Source: a virus. From it: a stretch of 64,000 bases of DNA. Made by a program: the position numbers and the translations under genes. Below are positions 48,101 through 57,400 of the stretch, piece by piece. The first letter of the stretch is position 1; each line of letters starts with the position of its first letter. The stretch covers positions 16,323 to 80,322 of IMG/VR virus record IMGVR_UViG_3300028859_000017. One strand, written 5' to 3'. The notes beneath the pieces were generated by a model that saw nothing but the letters and a program-made list of their open reading frames with translations, had not been told where the DNA came from and did not search any database.

Positions 48101-50181
48101 CCTCATATGCTATCTCTAAAATACAAAGTGCCGTAGATATTATATCTACAGCTATTAATTTAAAGGCTTTCAGTTGTGCTACCTTAGGTAATCCAGAAAC
48201 CAATGAACTATTAGCTAATTTAGTTAATAAGTATCAAAAAGAAGGAGAAGAAGCTAAGGCTAATGATGTAATGAATAATATGGCTAAGGCAACTTCCCTA
48301 CTTGATAAGTTTACAAAAGAATCTGGTTTTATAGGAACTCAACTTATAAACAAAGAAGATAATAGAATATCAAATCCTATTTTAACTTTAATTTTAGATA
48401 AATTTAATAAGTTTATAACAAATGAACAGATTGATAAGATTGTAGCAGAGGTTAAGACTCAGCGAGAAGAGTCAGAAACTTCAGGAACTGCTTCTTTCTC
48501 TAAGGCAGAGACTGTGTTACCTAAGACTGGAATAATGTATTTAAATACAGTTATTACAGAAAAGGAGCCTGAAGAAACCACTCCAGAAACTCCATTAGGT
48601 AACGTAGAAAATCCTGAGGCTAATCCTACAGAAACTAATCCCTCTCCATTTGTAAATGAGAATGGTATATTAAAGTTTACTTTACAGCCTATTAAAAATA
48701 TAGTTAAAGAATTAAACTCTACCATAAGTGGAGAAACTCATACTACTTTAGGAAAAGATAAAAGATACGGTACAAATGTAGTGCAGGTAAAATCCTATTC
48801 GCAATATATAAGTGAGTTAACTGGAGCTATCTCAGTTGCTTCAAATTCTTATATAGATTTCTATAATGGAATTGGATTACCAGCTATTGCTTCTGAAGTA
48901 AAGACATTATCTGATGCTTCTTTTTATAATTGCTCTACTTTAAGTGGTTTTTTTAAGGTAATAGCTAAGGAGTATATTTTTAATGTGGGCACTCAAACTA
49001 CTCTATTAAATTTATTGGCCAAATTAAAACCAGAAGGGGCCATTACACAAAAAGATACCTCCACTGGAACAGATACTTCAAATATAACACTACCAGAATT
49101 ATTTTCAATTGAGCACTTTAAAGCAAAAAATAGTAATGATATGTTAGAGCAAAATTTTAATGCCTATAAAGGGTCCAAACACGTATTTAGTTTATTAGGT
49201 ATGGGATATACTATATCTCAGATATTAAGTAAAGTTAATACTATTTTACTAGAAAAAGGAAATGATCCAGAATTCTTAGAGTTGGCTGATGAAGAAATTT
49301 CATTATATTCAGAATCATCCTCTTATAATCAAGCAGAGGATGATTTGACTAAGAGCAGTATACAACCAACTCCATCGTATGTTGAACCCTCTGAAGATAA
49401 TATGCCTTTAGGGAATGAGCAAGAATTTTTAGGGTCTCCTTATTATATTAAAAGTAGACCTTGGACAGCATCTAAATTAAACTCTGCATTTATTACCAGA
49501 TACTGTACCTTACTTGACCCCAATACCTATCTATCCAATAATATTACACCAGAAGAGAAAGAAAGAAATAAGAAAGCAGCAATAAGTCTTCTTAAAACTC
49601 TTTCAAATATCTCATCTACAGAGCAAGGCAAAAAAATTAATGCTGATATAACTCAGGCTATTAAATCTGGGATTGGTGTAAATGCTATAACTGGGAATCC
49701 AGTATCTTCTATAATAACTGATGAAACTCAGTTTCCCTCCTTTGTTAAAGAGAATATACTTCAGTTAGCTAAGCAGATATTAGAAGCAGTTGAAGGAGAG
49801 AAGCAACTTCCTAACCCAACTACAGAAACTAATGCTAATAATAATGCTTTACAGGAAGATTCTAGGACATTAAATATTTTAGCAGCCGTTTTACGAGTAT
49901 ACCATCACGTAAATCCCTCTCAGCAAGGACTGTTAAAAGCAGATAATACTCCATTTACATTTAGTTTTATGGAACCAGAATATTGGATTTTACAAAAAGT
50001 AAACAGTTCACTACAACAGGCTCTTAAGGTGATTGATAAGTTTGCGAAACGACAAGATAAAATTCAATTTAGAATAAATACTAAAAGTCCTAATAACATG
50101 GCCTATATTCAAGTATTTCATTTTGCTAAACTAAAGGCCTTAATAACTAACTTCTATACTCCAACTTCTGAGCAGATATAA
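45115..50181 (+). CDS. giant (1688 aa) orphan protein, probable head-internal/ejected protein
   Basis: Late-type motif at 45079; N-terminal LFQE|A; no recognisable catalytic motif. Confidence 0.6.
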   Translation: MMVDRLFKNLFQEAKSPRRIKDPLAFTSLAKKEEESKGKKPDKKTVAVNEPSVDTTPLSFNTLDSEKRVEELAKSKYVNKATSESDPNKNSEDTNLEARWAEEKAQYGSSYIKNRKSVNEFFEDAKELPVLISSGRCRYLVDSIKNIITTNENVLAASETDPSFKELMLLLSNQSNFGLNSRKLSDVNANMPGYVFFLSLVFPLLEQNIVVDFFKNANTVNFFSSLQKMYSGTIFNSIEFSPETNFNSLEHIKDSKLKSFIHILQESVVSDSEEDAEIKRLLSIGLNYVALGMKESTIKAIGNNKHRNEISKTIYYSILSSYTPFNMDLFQLDNKKVTDNMASNRTSDDFLTSSADTLVAAKRTLILEDPILTKGTLGRNIRDELAFTYAKNSDKLKKQRKNTRIAKVREVEKINNDTIKFFHVVVENFPELKDSFTELDNILEDFFTETSLPTKEEDKNQNDKLTSLCHEAFERLHTFAINGLDKLDVVLTNPDYLTNIFNSAIKNNPKILEELSTEQDRLSYVNSTYVAPFKATLERKYREFSEVTEGDIYVLLKTVVSITLAKTGLLSIKELKKNLEETYKKHLSDASLTSNGYRFDGFIFFRSVLKLDELLLEADKIVRKSPKQLEASLNTKKAERDTHADYFNQLQTARKRILDTEYLLHHMNAAVSLLFKKISAKIANADLATLRELVFGIEDTDKETNNGLSSFFNDLIKDISANFFSEQSPYKLYLLSEEDILQNSEKANILIVNDLIQKAKNKVLATEGVFSTNMDYYEGLTNDYIDFINLAASIQKNFSGLSMTSEGIPELNFNLDPASDSNSFFGNFFSGLPTTVSINPIATLCFHKFILSKLTSLVSPVLQTVSVDRILLPDVKKANKGAVSQIDAYFKNLYSVSVIGLKTAIKDIDARILEAAGNTTQRFVLSAENSSTYFIPGEINEDFNKFTMLLGSKAVLYALRKSNNLKNSAQLFFNSIAVSQAFESTPKTSDPATDPSSYAISKIQSAVDIISTAINLKAFSCATLGNPETNELLANLVNKYQKEGEEAKANDVMNNMAKATSLLDKFTKESGFIGTQLINKEDNRISNPILTLILDKFNKFITNEQIDKIVAEVKTQREESETSGTASFSKAETVLPKTGIMYLNTVITEKEPEETTPETPLGNVENPEANPTETNPSPFVNENGILKFTLQPIKNIVKELNSTISGETHTTLGKDKRYGTNVVQVKSYSQYISELTGAISVASNSYIDFYNGIGLPAIASEVKTLSDASFYNCSTLSGFFKVIAKEYIFNVGTQTTLLNLLAKLKPEGAITQKDTSTGTDTSNITLPELFSIEHFKAKNSNDMLEQNFNAYKGSKHVFSLLGMGYTISQILSKVNTILLEKGNDPEFLELADEEISLYSESSSYNQAEDDLTKSSIQPTPSYVEPSEDNMPLGNEQEFLGSPYYIKSRPWTASKLNSAFITRYCTLLDPNTYLSNNITPEEKERNKKAAISLLKTLSNISSTEQGKKINADITQAIKSGIGVNAITGNPVSSIITDETQFPSFVKENILQLAKQILEAVEGEKQLPNPTTETNANNNALQEDSRTLNILAAVLRVYHHVNPSQQGLLKADNTPFTFSFMEPEYWILQKVNSSLQQALKVIDKFAKRQDKIQFRINTKSPNNMAYIQVFHFAKLKALITNFYTPTSEQI

Positions 50182-50182
50182 T

Positions 50183-52294
50183 ATGACTCTTAATAAAGAG
50201 GATTTATATAAATCTATTTTAACAAGACTCGATAAAAGAGAATTGGAGGAAGTTTTAGCTGTTCCTAAGATAGCTGGCTTCGGATTAGATACTGTTCCAA
50301 TGAAGCCAAAAAAAACAACTGGTTCTACTGTAAGTGATTTTTTACAGAACACTAAAGATGACTATTCCAAGCAACATATTGTTCCACATCTTATTAATAC
50401 TGATATGATGAAACATTTTGGACAACTTACTCCAGAACAACAGTCACAATTACAGCAACAAGCAATAGATTATAGTAATAAAATAAAAGAGGTTAATTGG
50501 ACACAATATTTTTATAACACTGATATTTTACGTCAAAAAAGAGTTAGATTATATACCTTTCTAAAAAAAGCTTCTGTTTCCTCTGTAGCACCTACAACAG
50601 AAAGTTTTTATACTAATTATGCGTGTAATTTATTTGAGGCCTCCATATCTACCACTCCAGGAGATAGATCAGGTGACTATTTATTTTTAAACTCTAATGA
50701 AGAAACTAGAGCCTATGTTAGAGCAGATTTAGAATCTAATTTATATGTAGGAACTTCTAGTAAGGGTCCTAGATATTTTGAGTTTATACAAGGACACTTA
50801 ACTGTTAATACAGAAGAGGCTAGAAGAGTAGTCTCTTTTTCTTCCTCTATATTAGAAGAAATAAAAGCAAAAGTAATTTCAGAGTTGACTCCCTATTTTA
50901 ATAGTCCATCTGAAAAGGACTTTTTAAATAATATATCTAATAATCAACTTCCTTTAGTTTTTCTTGATTCTCTTATGTTTGGATTAGTGGACACTTTAAA
51001 TTTTCCATCAACTAAGGATTATGGAACTGGTCATCAAGCAGGTAATGGATTGCTTGGAAATCCTATACTATCTAATAGTAATATAGAACCAGCATTAAGT
51101 GAAAATATAAAAAATAATTTAACAAAATGTATTCATAACACTAATCCTTATCTAAAAAATATCTCTAATCTATTACAAGTAATGAGTAAATCTCGTTCTA
51201 AAAACACAGTTTATAATTCATTAACTAACGTAATCATAGGAAATTTTGCCAATCTTAATGCTAAGTTAGCATCAGTTTGTGGTGTAAGTAATTTTGATTT
51301 TACTCCTATTTTTTGTTCGGAAGATTCAGAAAATAGAATATCCACTCTTATATCATTAGGAGAAAATGAATTTTTTAGGTCTTTTAGTAATGTAGAGAGA
51401 ACAATTCCAAATCCATTTATTAGACTTACCTTTACTAAAGCTTCTTTAAGTTATAATAAGGATAAACAAGCATATTTGTTAATGACTAAAAATGTTAGTG
51501 GTATTAGTTGTAAATCTAAATCCACAGAAAGATATTCTACAACTAGTAATTGGCATGGCTTAGGAATTCCTTTGGACCAACATAATTTTATTTTACAAAA
51601 AGCCCAACAGGATTTTGGTAATATAGATGCTTCTTCTTATCTTTCTGTATTAGCCTCCCTAGACACAAGAGGAGAGACTGCTCAAAATATATACTCAGGA
51701 GGCTCTGAAAACTCTACTGCTGTTCAGTTTCAACAATTTTTAGCCTCTATTTATCAATCTGATGGTAGTTTTAAAACTAATTTTGTAGTATTTGCTTTAA
51801 TACCAAGAATATTTTTTCAGTATAATTCTGACTATACTACTTTAAAAGGATTTAAATCAAGTACTAGACCATTATATTTTAGTAATTTATATGACAAAGT
51901 AAGAACTACGACTATAGATAGTGTATATACCCCAGTAAATCCTGAGGTTAATCTAATGGCTACTGAGGATATGGAGCTATTAGACGATATTAGAGATAGA
52001 TTTTTACAAATAATGTATAACTTTAATACCACTACTTCACAGGTAGAGGATTTAAAGAATGATTTTATAGCCTTAACTACAAATATTATAAATGGATACT
52101 GGACTTGTGATAAATTTATTATACGTCATGAATCGGATTCCTCAGTATATAGTCAGGATTTAGGTTTATTTAATCCACTTAATGAAATTAAGGGTGATTT
52201 ACAGTTTAATAGGGAATTACTAGAAAAATCTAATATATTAACTTTACGAGAAAATTGGATTTCAGAGCAAGAAAAATTAAGGGAAGGTAAGTAA
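50183..52294 (+). CDS. large orphan protein, 703 aa (probably virion-associated)
   Basis: Coupled to the previous gene; NLFE|A motif. Confidence 0.55.
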   Translation: MTLNKEDLYKSILTRLDKRELEEVLAVPKIAGFGLDTVPMKPKKTTGSTVSDFLQNTKDDYSKQHIVPHLINTDMMKHFGQLTPEQQSQLQQQAIDYSNKIKEVNWTQYFYNTDILRQKRVRLYTFLKKASVSSVAPTTESFYTNYACNLFEASISTTPGDRSGDYLFLNSNEETRAYVRADLESNLYVGTSSKGPRYFEFIQGHLTVNTEEARRVVSFSSSILEEIKAKVISELTPYFNSPSEKDFLNNISNNQLPLVFLDSLMFGLVDTLNFPSTKDYGTGHQAGNGLLGNPILSNSNIEPALSENIKNNLTKCIHNTNPYLKNISNLLQVMSKSRSKNTVYNSLTNVIIGNFANLNAKLASVCGVSNFDFTPIFCSEDSENRISTLISLGENEFFRSFSNVERTIPNPFIRLTFTKASLSYNKDKQAYLLMTKNVSGISCKSKSTERYSTTSNWHGLGIPLDQHNFILQKAQQDFGNIDASSYLSVLASLDTRGETAQNIYSGGSENSTAVQFQQFLASIYQSDGSFKTNFVVFALIPRIFFQYNSDYTTLKGFKSSTRPLYFSNLYDKVRTTTIDSVYTPVNPEVNLMATEDMELLDDIRDRFLQIMYNFNTTTSQVEDLKNDFIALTTNIINGYWTCDKFIIRHESDSSVYSQDLGLFNPLNEIKGDLQFNRELLEKSNILTLRENWISEQEKLREGK

Positions 52295-52557
52295 TGGAAA
52301 ACCAACCAGCTACATTCTCACAGCAAGAAATGACACTAGCAGAAATGATGTTTATCTTAAGTGCTAGTTTTTATGTTGAGGCTTCTAATATAGGACAAAA
52401 GGCCCTGGAAGAAAAAAATCAAAATTTCGTAGTAGTTAGAAATGAAAATGACCCAACAGTAAAGGATGAGGAAGCTAAAGCAGAGTCTGAAATGGCCTCG
52501 ATGGAGTCGGAGGAGGCCTCATTAGAGCCACCTCCCGAAGATTCTTCTATCAGTTAA
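52294..52557 (+). CDS. small acidic hypothetical protein
   Basis: 87 aa, TAATG coupling, AAGG SD. Confidence 0.6.
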   Translation: MENQPATFSQQEMTLAEMMFILSASFYVEASNIGQKALEEKNQNFVVVRNENDPTVKDEEAKAESEMASMESEEASLEPPPEDSSIS

Positions 52558-52575
52558 TCCTGAATTTGTCGATAC
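52549..52575 (+). promoter_or_regulatory. sigma28-like promoter
   Basis: ATCAGTTA-N11-GTCGATAC upstream of the Cas4-like nuclease. Confidence 0.6.
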
Positions 52576-52597
52576 TAGTATTACCTCGGAGGCTTCG

Positions 52598-53992
52598 TTG
52601 TTGGACGAAACTACTATAAATTATATACAGCCCAGTTTAAAATTTTCTATAAAGAAATATTTTCCTCTAAAAGAGAAAACTTTACTGTATGATGCTCTGC
52701 TATTCTGTAGCCTAGTGTCCAAGACACCATCCTTTGCCTCATCTTCTGATTTGGATGCTTTTTCTATTCTGATAAACAACTGTAAGCAGTGTAATATCTC
52801 ATTAGGTAAATATTTAAGTTGTGCTTACTCCTATATTCAAAAATATACCTCACCTGGACACAAACTTAGTTTAGGATATTTTCTAAACGATTCAGTAGTT
52901 GAGTATTGTAGTAAATTTATAGATAATTTTACTACTTCTTCTTTATTATTAGAACAAGTTAAGGATGACATTCTTCTAACTGAAAAAAATATAAGAGAAA
53001 TTGCTGTCACGGATTCTGTTTCTTATGAGGATGCCTTTAATAAATATAAAAAGGAAGGAAAATTAACTTCTTATTTTTTAGCCTATAAAAGATATTGTCA
53101 CTCTCCTCTTGTAGCATCCTCGGGTTCTTTATATTTAGATAAACTTTCAGTTATTTTGGAGCCTTTCTTCACTTATATTTTAGCTAAAAATAGCACATAT
53201 GTTTCAGATAAAATAGAGGAATGGAATAATTCTAAGTTAGAAGATTTTAGTTTCTGTCCTAAATATTTTACAGATAGATATATTACAAATGAATTGGTAG
53301 AGGAATGTTTAGGTAATGAGGCTACAAAACAAGGTTCTAAATTACATCTTATTTTTGAGACTATTTTTACCAGATACAATAAAAGTAAAACTAAAAATCT
53401 TAAAAATATAGCCTCTAACTATTTTTCTTCTAATAAATATTTAGACATCAAGAATGAGTTAGCAGAACATACTCCATTTATAGAAAGTTTATTCTTGGAT
53501 GATACTTCTATTTTTTATCAGTTAATAAATCCTTCATCTATTGTATTAGTAGAACATTTAATGAAGGGTAATTTGTCGAATTATGACTTTTATGGAACTG
53601 CTGATTTAATTATAATTAATGAAAATATAGCTCATATTTTAGATTATAAATCATCTAAATTAGATGAGAAATATTTAGAAAAAAACAATACTAAATATAA
53701 TAAACAAATTAGCTTATATGCTAAGCTTCTAAAAAATGAATATCCTAAGTTAGAAACAATTGATGGCACCTTAATTTATACTAGAGGTCTATTACATCCA
53801 TTTAAGGAATTGGCTTTTAATATTGATATAGATAGGGCAAAAGACATAACAAAGATTAAACAAACTTTAAAGTCTGGTATACTTCTTCCTAATACTAGAA
53901 GTTGTTTTTTATGTAGGCATCCTAATTGTATTTTTAGAACTAGGGAAAGTATTTGGGACATTAATGGGAATAAAAAGAAAAAGATTAATTAA
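52598..53992 (+). CDS. Cas4/RecB-like PD-(D/E)XK exonuclease with N-terminal extension
   Basis: FCPK, G..LH, GTADL, ILDYKS, Q..LYA and C-terminal CFLC....C (four-Cys Fe-S pattern). Confidence 0.85.
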   Translation: MLDETTINYIQPSLKFSIKKYFPLKEKTLLYDALLFCSLVSKTPSFASSSDLDAFSILINNCKQCNISLGKYLSCAYSYIQKYTSPGHKLSLGYFLNDSVVEYCSKFIDNFTTSSLLLEQVKDDILLTEKNIREIAVTDSVSYEDAFNKYKKEGKLTSYFLAYKRYCHSPLVASSGSLYLDKLSVILEPFFTYILAKNSTYVSDKIEEWNNSKLEDFSFCPKYFTDRYITNELVEECLGNEATKQGSKLHLIFETIFTRYNKSKTKNLKNIASNYFSSNKYLDIKNELAEHTPFIESLFLDDTSIFYQLINPSSIVLVEHLMKGNLSNYDFYGTADLIIINENIAHILDYKSSKLDEKYLEKNNTKYNKQISLYAKLLKNEYPKLETIDGTLIYTRGLLHPFKELAFNIDIDRAKDITKIKQTLKSGILLPNTRSCFLCRHPNCIFRTRESIWDINGNKKKKIN

Positions 53993-54009
53993 CTTTGATG
54001 AGGTATAGT

Positions 54010-54606
54010 ATGAATTTAAAAATAAGAGACTTTCTTCAAGAAGCTATTGATGATGTAAATCTTCCCAAAGAACCTACAAGTGCCCAGGAAGTAAGTGGTG
54101 CCCCAATGTCGGATGCTGATTTTCCTGCTGCTACAGGTGCTTCTGATGCTGCCCCTGCTAAGCCTGGACTAACTGCCCCTCAAATGCCTTCTCCGTCAGG
54201 TTCTGCTTCTAATACTGTTCAGAAAGATGTAATTAATCCAGAACTTATACGTGCTATAACCATTCCACTAAAGAGTTATGTAGGTTCTTTTGAAAAACTC
54301 TTTGATAAAGATATGACTGTAGATAACGCAGTTCCTCATATTGATGAGTTTTTAAAGATATTAGCTGGCTGTGCTGATAGTATAGCAACATTGGCTGGTG
54401 GACAGGCTACAGAGCCTCCAATTGAGCCATCAGTTGCCCAAGCACCCATTGAGCCCACTGCTGAACCAGTTCCCACAGAACAGCCTGCAGAGGCCTTATC
54501 AGCTCCTTTAGAGGCCCCTTCTGCTGGTGGTCAAGAAGGATATACTGATCCATTTGGTCATGCAGATGAGTCTCCATATACTAATCCACTTGAGGCTGCT
54601 TATTAA
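54010..54606 (+). CDS. acidic Pro/Ala-rich protein, probably head-internal
   Basis: ATG 54010 with GAGG SD; MNLKIRDFLQE|A; late-type motif at 53986. Confidence 0.6.
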   Translation: MNLKIRDFLQEAIDDVNLPKEPTSAQEVSGAPMSDADFPAATGASDAAPAKPGLTAPQMPSPSGSASNTVQKDVINPELIRAITIPLKSYVGSFEKLFDKDMTVDNAVPHIDEFLKILAGCADSIATLAGGQATEPPIEPSVAQAPIEPTAEPVPTEQPAEALSAPLEAPSAGGQEGYTDPFGHADESPYTNPLEAAY

Positions 54607-54899
54607 TGTCTTCCTATACTACTAAATTTAATGTGGGCGATACAGCTTATAGAATTTATCATGATAATCCAGTATCTGTTAATATTACTGATATTTATAT
54701 TCATGATTCTTTAAGTAATGTTGGTTGCCCTGAAGTTTCGTATAAGATTTCCTATGCTCTAAATGCCTCTGGAGTAGGAAATCCAAGGCCTGGACCTACT
54801 TTATTTAATGAGCATGAGCTATTTTATTTAGATGAAATTACAGGTATTCTGACGGTTATTTTAGCACAAAAAACAGCTAATTTACAGGCCTTACAATAA
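54606..54899 (+). CDS. hypothetical protein (paralogue of next gene)
   Basis: TTKFNVGDTAY...V.IT.IY....V.Y. Confidence 0.65.
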   Translation: MSSYTTKFNVGDTAYRIYHDNPVSVNITDIYIHDSLSNVGCPEVSYKISYALNASGVGNPRPGPTLFNEHELFYLDEITGILTVILAQKTANLQALQ

Positions 54900-55177
54900 T
54901 GACTACACAACAACTTACAGCAAATTTTTCGGTAAATGACATAGCTTATTTTGTTATTTTTGCTACTGCTAATTTATATGCTGTAAAGATTACTAATGTG
55001 TATTTAAAAACTATAGACAGCCAATCTACTGTTATGTATGATTTGTTAAGATTAGATAAAAATTTTATAATTCAAGCAATACCTCAAAATCAAGTGCTTA
55101 CCTTTACAGAAGCAAAAACTAGTTTGATTAATTATTTACAAACACAGCTTTCTATAGTAAATAACTTAACGGCATAA
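54899..55177 (+). CDS. hypothetical protein (paralogue of previous gene)
   Basis: TANFSVNDIAY...V.IT.VY....V.Y. Confidence 0.65.
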   Translation: MTTQQLTANFSVNDIAYFVIFATANLYAVKITNVYLKTIDSQSTVMYDLLRLDKNFIIQAIPQNQVLTFTEAKTSLINYLQTQLSIVNNLTA

Positions 55178-55178
55178 A

Positions 55179-55709
55179 ATGACAACTTTGTATAATAAAT
55201 TATTTGAGACTTTTAGTAGTTTAACAGCAAAAGATGCTGTTAATGGAGTTATAGGTGGTGTAGTCTCCCCATACTCAGTTCCAGCTAAAGATTCTATAGG
55301 TATTTCTATTGAATCATTGAATGACTCTAAAAAGATACAAAGTCAGATAATTTTAGTACATAAGAAGTGTAGTGAACATATTTATATGGCTTCTTCACCT
55401 AATGTGGAGGGTTTTAAGACTCTTTGTGCCAGATTAAAGACAGCTATAGAACTTAACAAACTATTCAGTGATGACCCTGTGCTACAAAATAAATTAGCCG
55501 AGATTTTAGCTTACGGATATATATCTAAGAATTCTGAGTATTTAATCTATCCCGATTTTGGAGTAGCTAAAACAAAAGCCCAAAACGTGTATCAGGTTGT
55601 AAATAAACTAGGTTTAACCGCATTTTCACCTAATGATGAAAATCTAATTAAGACCTTATTACTATCCGTTTTCTATTCACCTAAAAAAGAAGATAAGAAA
55701 GAAGCATAA
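55179..55709 (+). CDS. hypothetical protein
   Basis: 176 aa, N-terminal KLFE|T. Confidence 0.6.
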   Translation: MTTLYNKLFETFSSLTAKDAVNGVIGGVVSPYSVPAKDSIGISIESLNDSKKIQSQIILVHKKCSEHIYMASSPNVEGFKTLCARLKTAIELNKLFSDDPVLQNKLAEILAYGYISKNSEYLIYPDFGVAKTKAQNVYQVVNKLGLTAFSPNDENLIKTLLLSVFYSPKKEDKKEA

Positions 55710-55710
55710 C

Positions 55711-56328
55711 ATGAGTCTAGGCACTGATTTAACATTTATAGAAAAATATCACAGGGATATTATTTGGATTCTTCTAGCTGGTCTTGCTGTATTTGGAACT
55801 ATTTATATTAAAGATAGGCTACACAATGAAACTATTACTAAAGAGAATGCTCAAATAGCAAGTCTAAATATAGAAGCTGTGAAACTAACTGCTGCCAAAG
55901 ATACTGCTGATGCTGCTGCTACTTCTGTCTATAATTTATATCAGTTAGAACATTCAAAAGTAGTAGCCTTATTGAGTAAAAAGCCTGTAATTACACCAAC
56001 ACCTACTGTTAGTAATGCTGTAGTGGCACCTGCTCCTTTAGTTCAATTACCAAATACTCCAACACCTACTACATTACCTGATTGTCAACAAGAATTAGCT
56101 GCAGTTAAAGCAGATGATGCTCAGTGTGTAGATACTGTAAACGATTTACAGACAGACAAGGCAGCTGATCAAGCTTTAATAAACAATCAATCACAGACTA
56201 TCTTTAATGTTGATGTAGAGAACACACAATTAAAAAAGGATGTTAATGTCCAGACTAAGAGAAAAAAGCTATGGCGTGATTCAGCATTAGCAGAAGCTGC
56301 TTTAATTGCTCTACACTTCTTACTTTAA
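55711..56328 (+). CDS. spanin-like membrane coiled-coil protein
   Basis: N-terminal TM, coiled coil, Pro/Thr hinge, two Cys, second coiled coil, hydrophobic C-terminus; next to a peptidoglycan enzyme. Confidence 0.55.
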   Translation: MSLGTDLTFIEKYHRDIIWILLAGLAVFGTIYIKDRLHNETITKENAQIASLNIEAVKLTAAKDTADAAATSVYNLYQLEHSKVVALLSKKPVITPTPTVSNAVVAPAPLVQLPNTPTPTTLPDCQQELAAVKADDAQCVDTVNDLQTDKAADQALINNQSQTIFNVDVENTQLKKDVNVQTKRKKLWRDSALAEAALIALHFLL

Positions 56329-56356
56329 GTAAAAACAGCAATCTAAGAGGTAATCC

Positions 56357-56767
56357 ATGAGTATAACTTTTAAAATAACTACTGGAACTATAACTAATGA
56401 TGAGGATTCCACTGTCTTAACTAGTAGTGCTTATGCTGGTAATGATAGTAGAATACCTCAAAATCCAAATAGAATACATGGTAAAAATAATCCAAATATG
56501 TGCTCGGTTCATTTTATAGGCCCATTACCACCTGGAAAATATAATATAGGCTCCTTTGAAAACCATCCAGTAGTAGGCGAAAATAGTGCTCAATTAACTC
56601 AAATTTCTGGAAATACCTTTGGAAGGTCTGCTTTTTTTATTCATGGACAAGAAGCTCCAAATGGTTCTAATTATTTACAGGAATCAGAAGGCTGTATAGT
56701 TGTTCCACATAATGATAGACTAAAAATAGCAGCCCTTGCTCCAAAAATTTTAACTGTAATAGTATAA
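56357..56767 (+). CDS. Tlde1/DUF2778 L,D-transpeptidase-fold peptidoglycan enzyme (endolysin candidate)
   Basis: YAG...NP...GPLPPGKY...GRSAFFIHG...SEGCIV; GAGG SD. Confidence 0.85.
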   Translation: MSITFKITTGTITNDEDSTVLTSSAYAGNDSRIPQNPNRIHGKNNPNMCSVHFIGPLPPGKYNIGSFENHPVVGENSAQLTQISGNTFGRSAFFIHGQEAPNGSNYLQESEGCIVVPHNDRLKIAALAPKILTVIV

Positions 56768-56791
56768 TTATTATTTTATATTTGTCGATAA
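56765..56791 (+). promoter_or_regulatory. sigma28/FliA-like promoter
   Basis: TAAT-N15-GTCGATAA. Confidence 0.7.
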
Positions 56792-56808
56792 TAGATTTTG
56801 GAGACTGT

Positions 56809-56985
56809 ATGAATGATGAACAAAGTATTACGTTTACACAACAAGAATTACGTGTTTTGTTAGATATATTAAATAAGTATAGTATTTCAATAAGTGTTAG
56901 TGATTTATCAAAGATACAAAAGCAAGAAATACAGTCTCCATTATTAACTATTTTTGACAAGTTAACTGAATCACAAGGGAGCTAA
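56809..56985 (+). CDS. small hypothetical protein, 58 aa
   Basis: ATG 56809 with GGAG SD downstream of the promoter. Confidence 0.6.
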   Translation: MNDEQSITFTQQELRVLLDILNKYSISISVSDLSKIQKQEIQSPLLTIFDKLTESQGS

Positions 56986-57085
56986 TATATGGTTTGTTTG
57001 TCCGAAAAGGCAAGAGCAAATTATGAGAGTAGTATTGAAGTAAGTAATTAAATTATATCAATAAGTTAATGAAAGGATATTATAA

Positions 57086-57235
57086 ATGAAGAATGGTAGC
57101 GAAAAGCATGGTGTTGGAGGCGAGCAGAAAGGTCCTGTAAAGGTTCCTGGTAAGACTCAGAAGAATGGTATTTTACGTGATACTCGTAAGGGTACTGTAA
57201 AGCCTAGTGGTGGTATTAAGGAAGATAAGCGTTAA
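57086..57235 (+). CDS. 49-aa Lys/Gly-rich protein (not in ORF track)
   Basis: AAGGA SD; MKNGSEKHGVGGEQKGPVKVPGKTQKNGILRDTRKGTVKPSGGIKEDKR; AAG/GGT/CGT codon use like gp23. Confidence 0.75.
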   Translation: MKNGSEKHGVGGEQKGPVKVPGKTQKNGILRDTRKGTVKPSGGIKEDKR

Positions 57236-57265
57236 TTAGTAATGTAATTTAAAGGAGATAATAAG

Positions 57266-57379
57266 ATGGTAGATAAAAAGAAAGACTCAGGTAAGAAACT
57301 TCCACCCTGGCTTAAGAAGGATGGTAAGGACGATAAGAAGATGGATAAGAAAGACAAGAAGGGTAAGGATTGTAAGTAG
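57266..57379 (+). CDS. 37-aa Lys/Asp-rich protein (not in ORF track)
   Basis: AAGGAG SD; MVDKKKDSGKKLPPWLKKDGKDDKKMDKKDKKGKDCK. Confidence 0.75.
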   Translation: MVDKKKDSGKKLPPWLKKDGKDDKKMDKKDKKGKDCK

Positions 57380-57400
57380 TCTTTATTTGTGGGTGCTGTA

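Noticed and set aside
45115-52294. Giant ORFs as a virion RNA polymerase
   Set aside because: No DFDGD-type or T7-like polymerase motifs recognised
52598-53992. CRISPR-Cas locus
   Set aside because: Only a solo Cas4-like gene; no array or other cas genes seen
56989-57051. 20-codon ORF MVCLSEKARANYESSIEVSN
   Set aside because: Has a GGGAG upstream but is too short, with no other support
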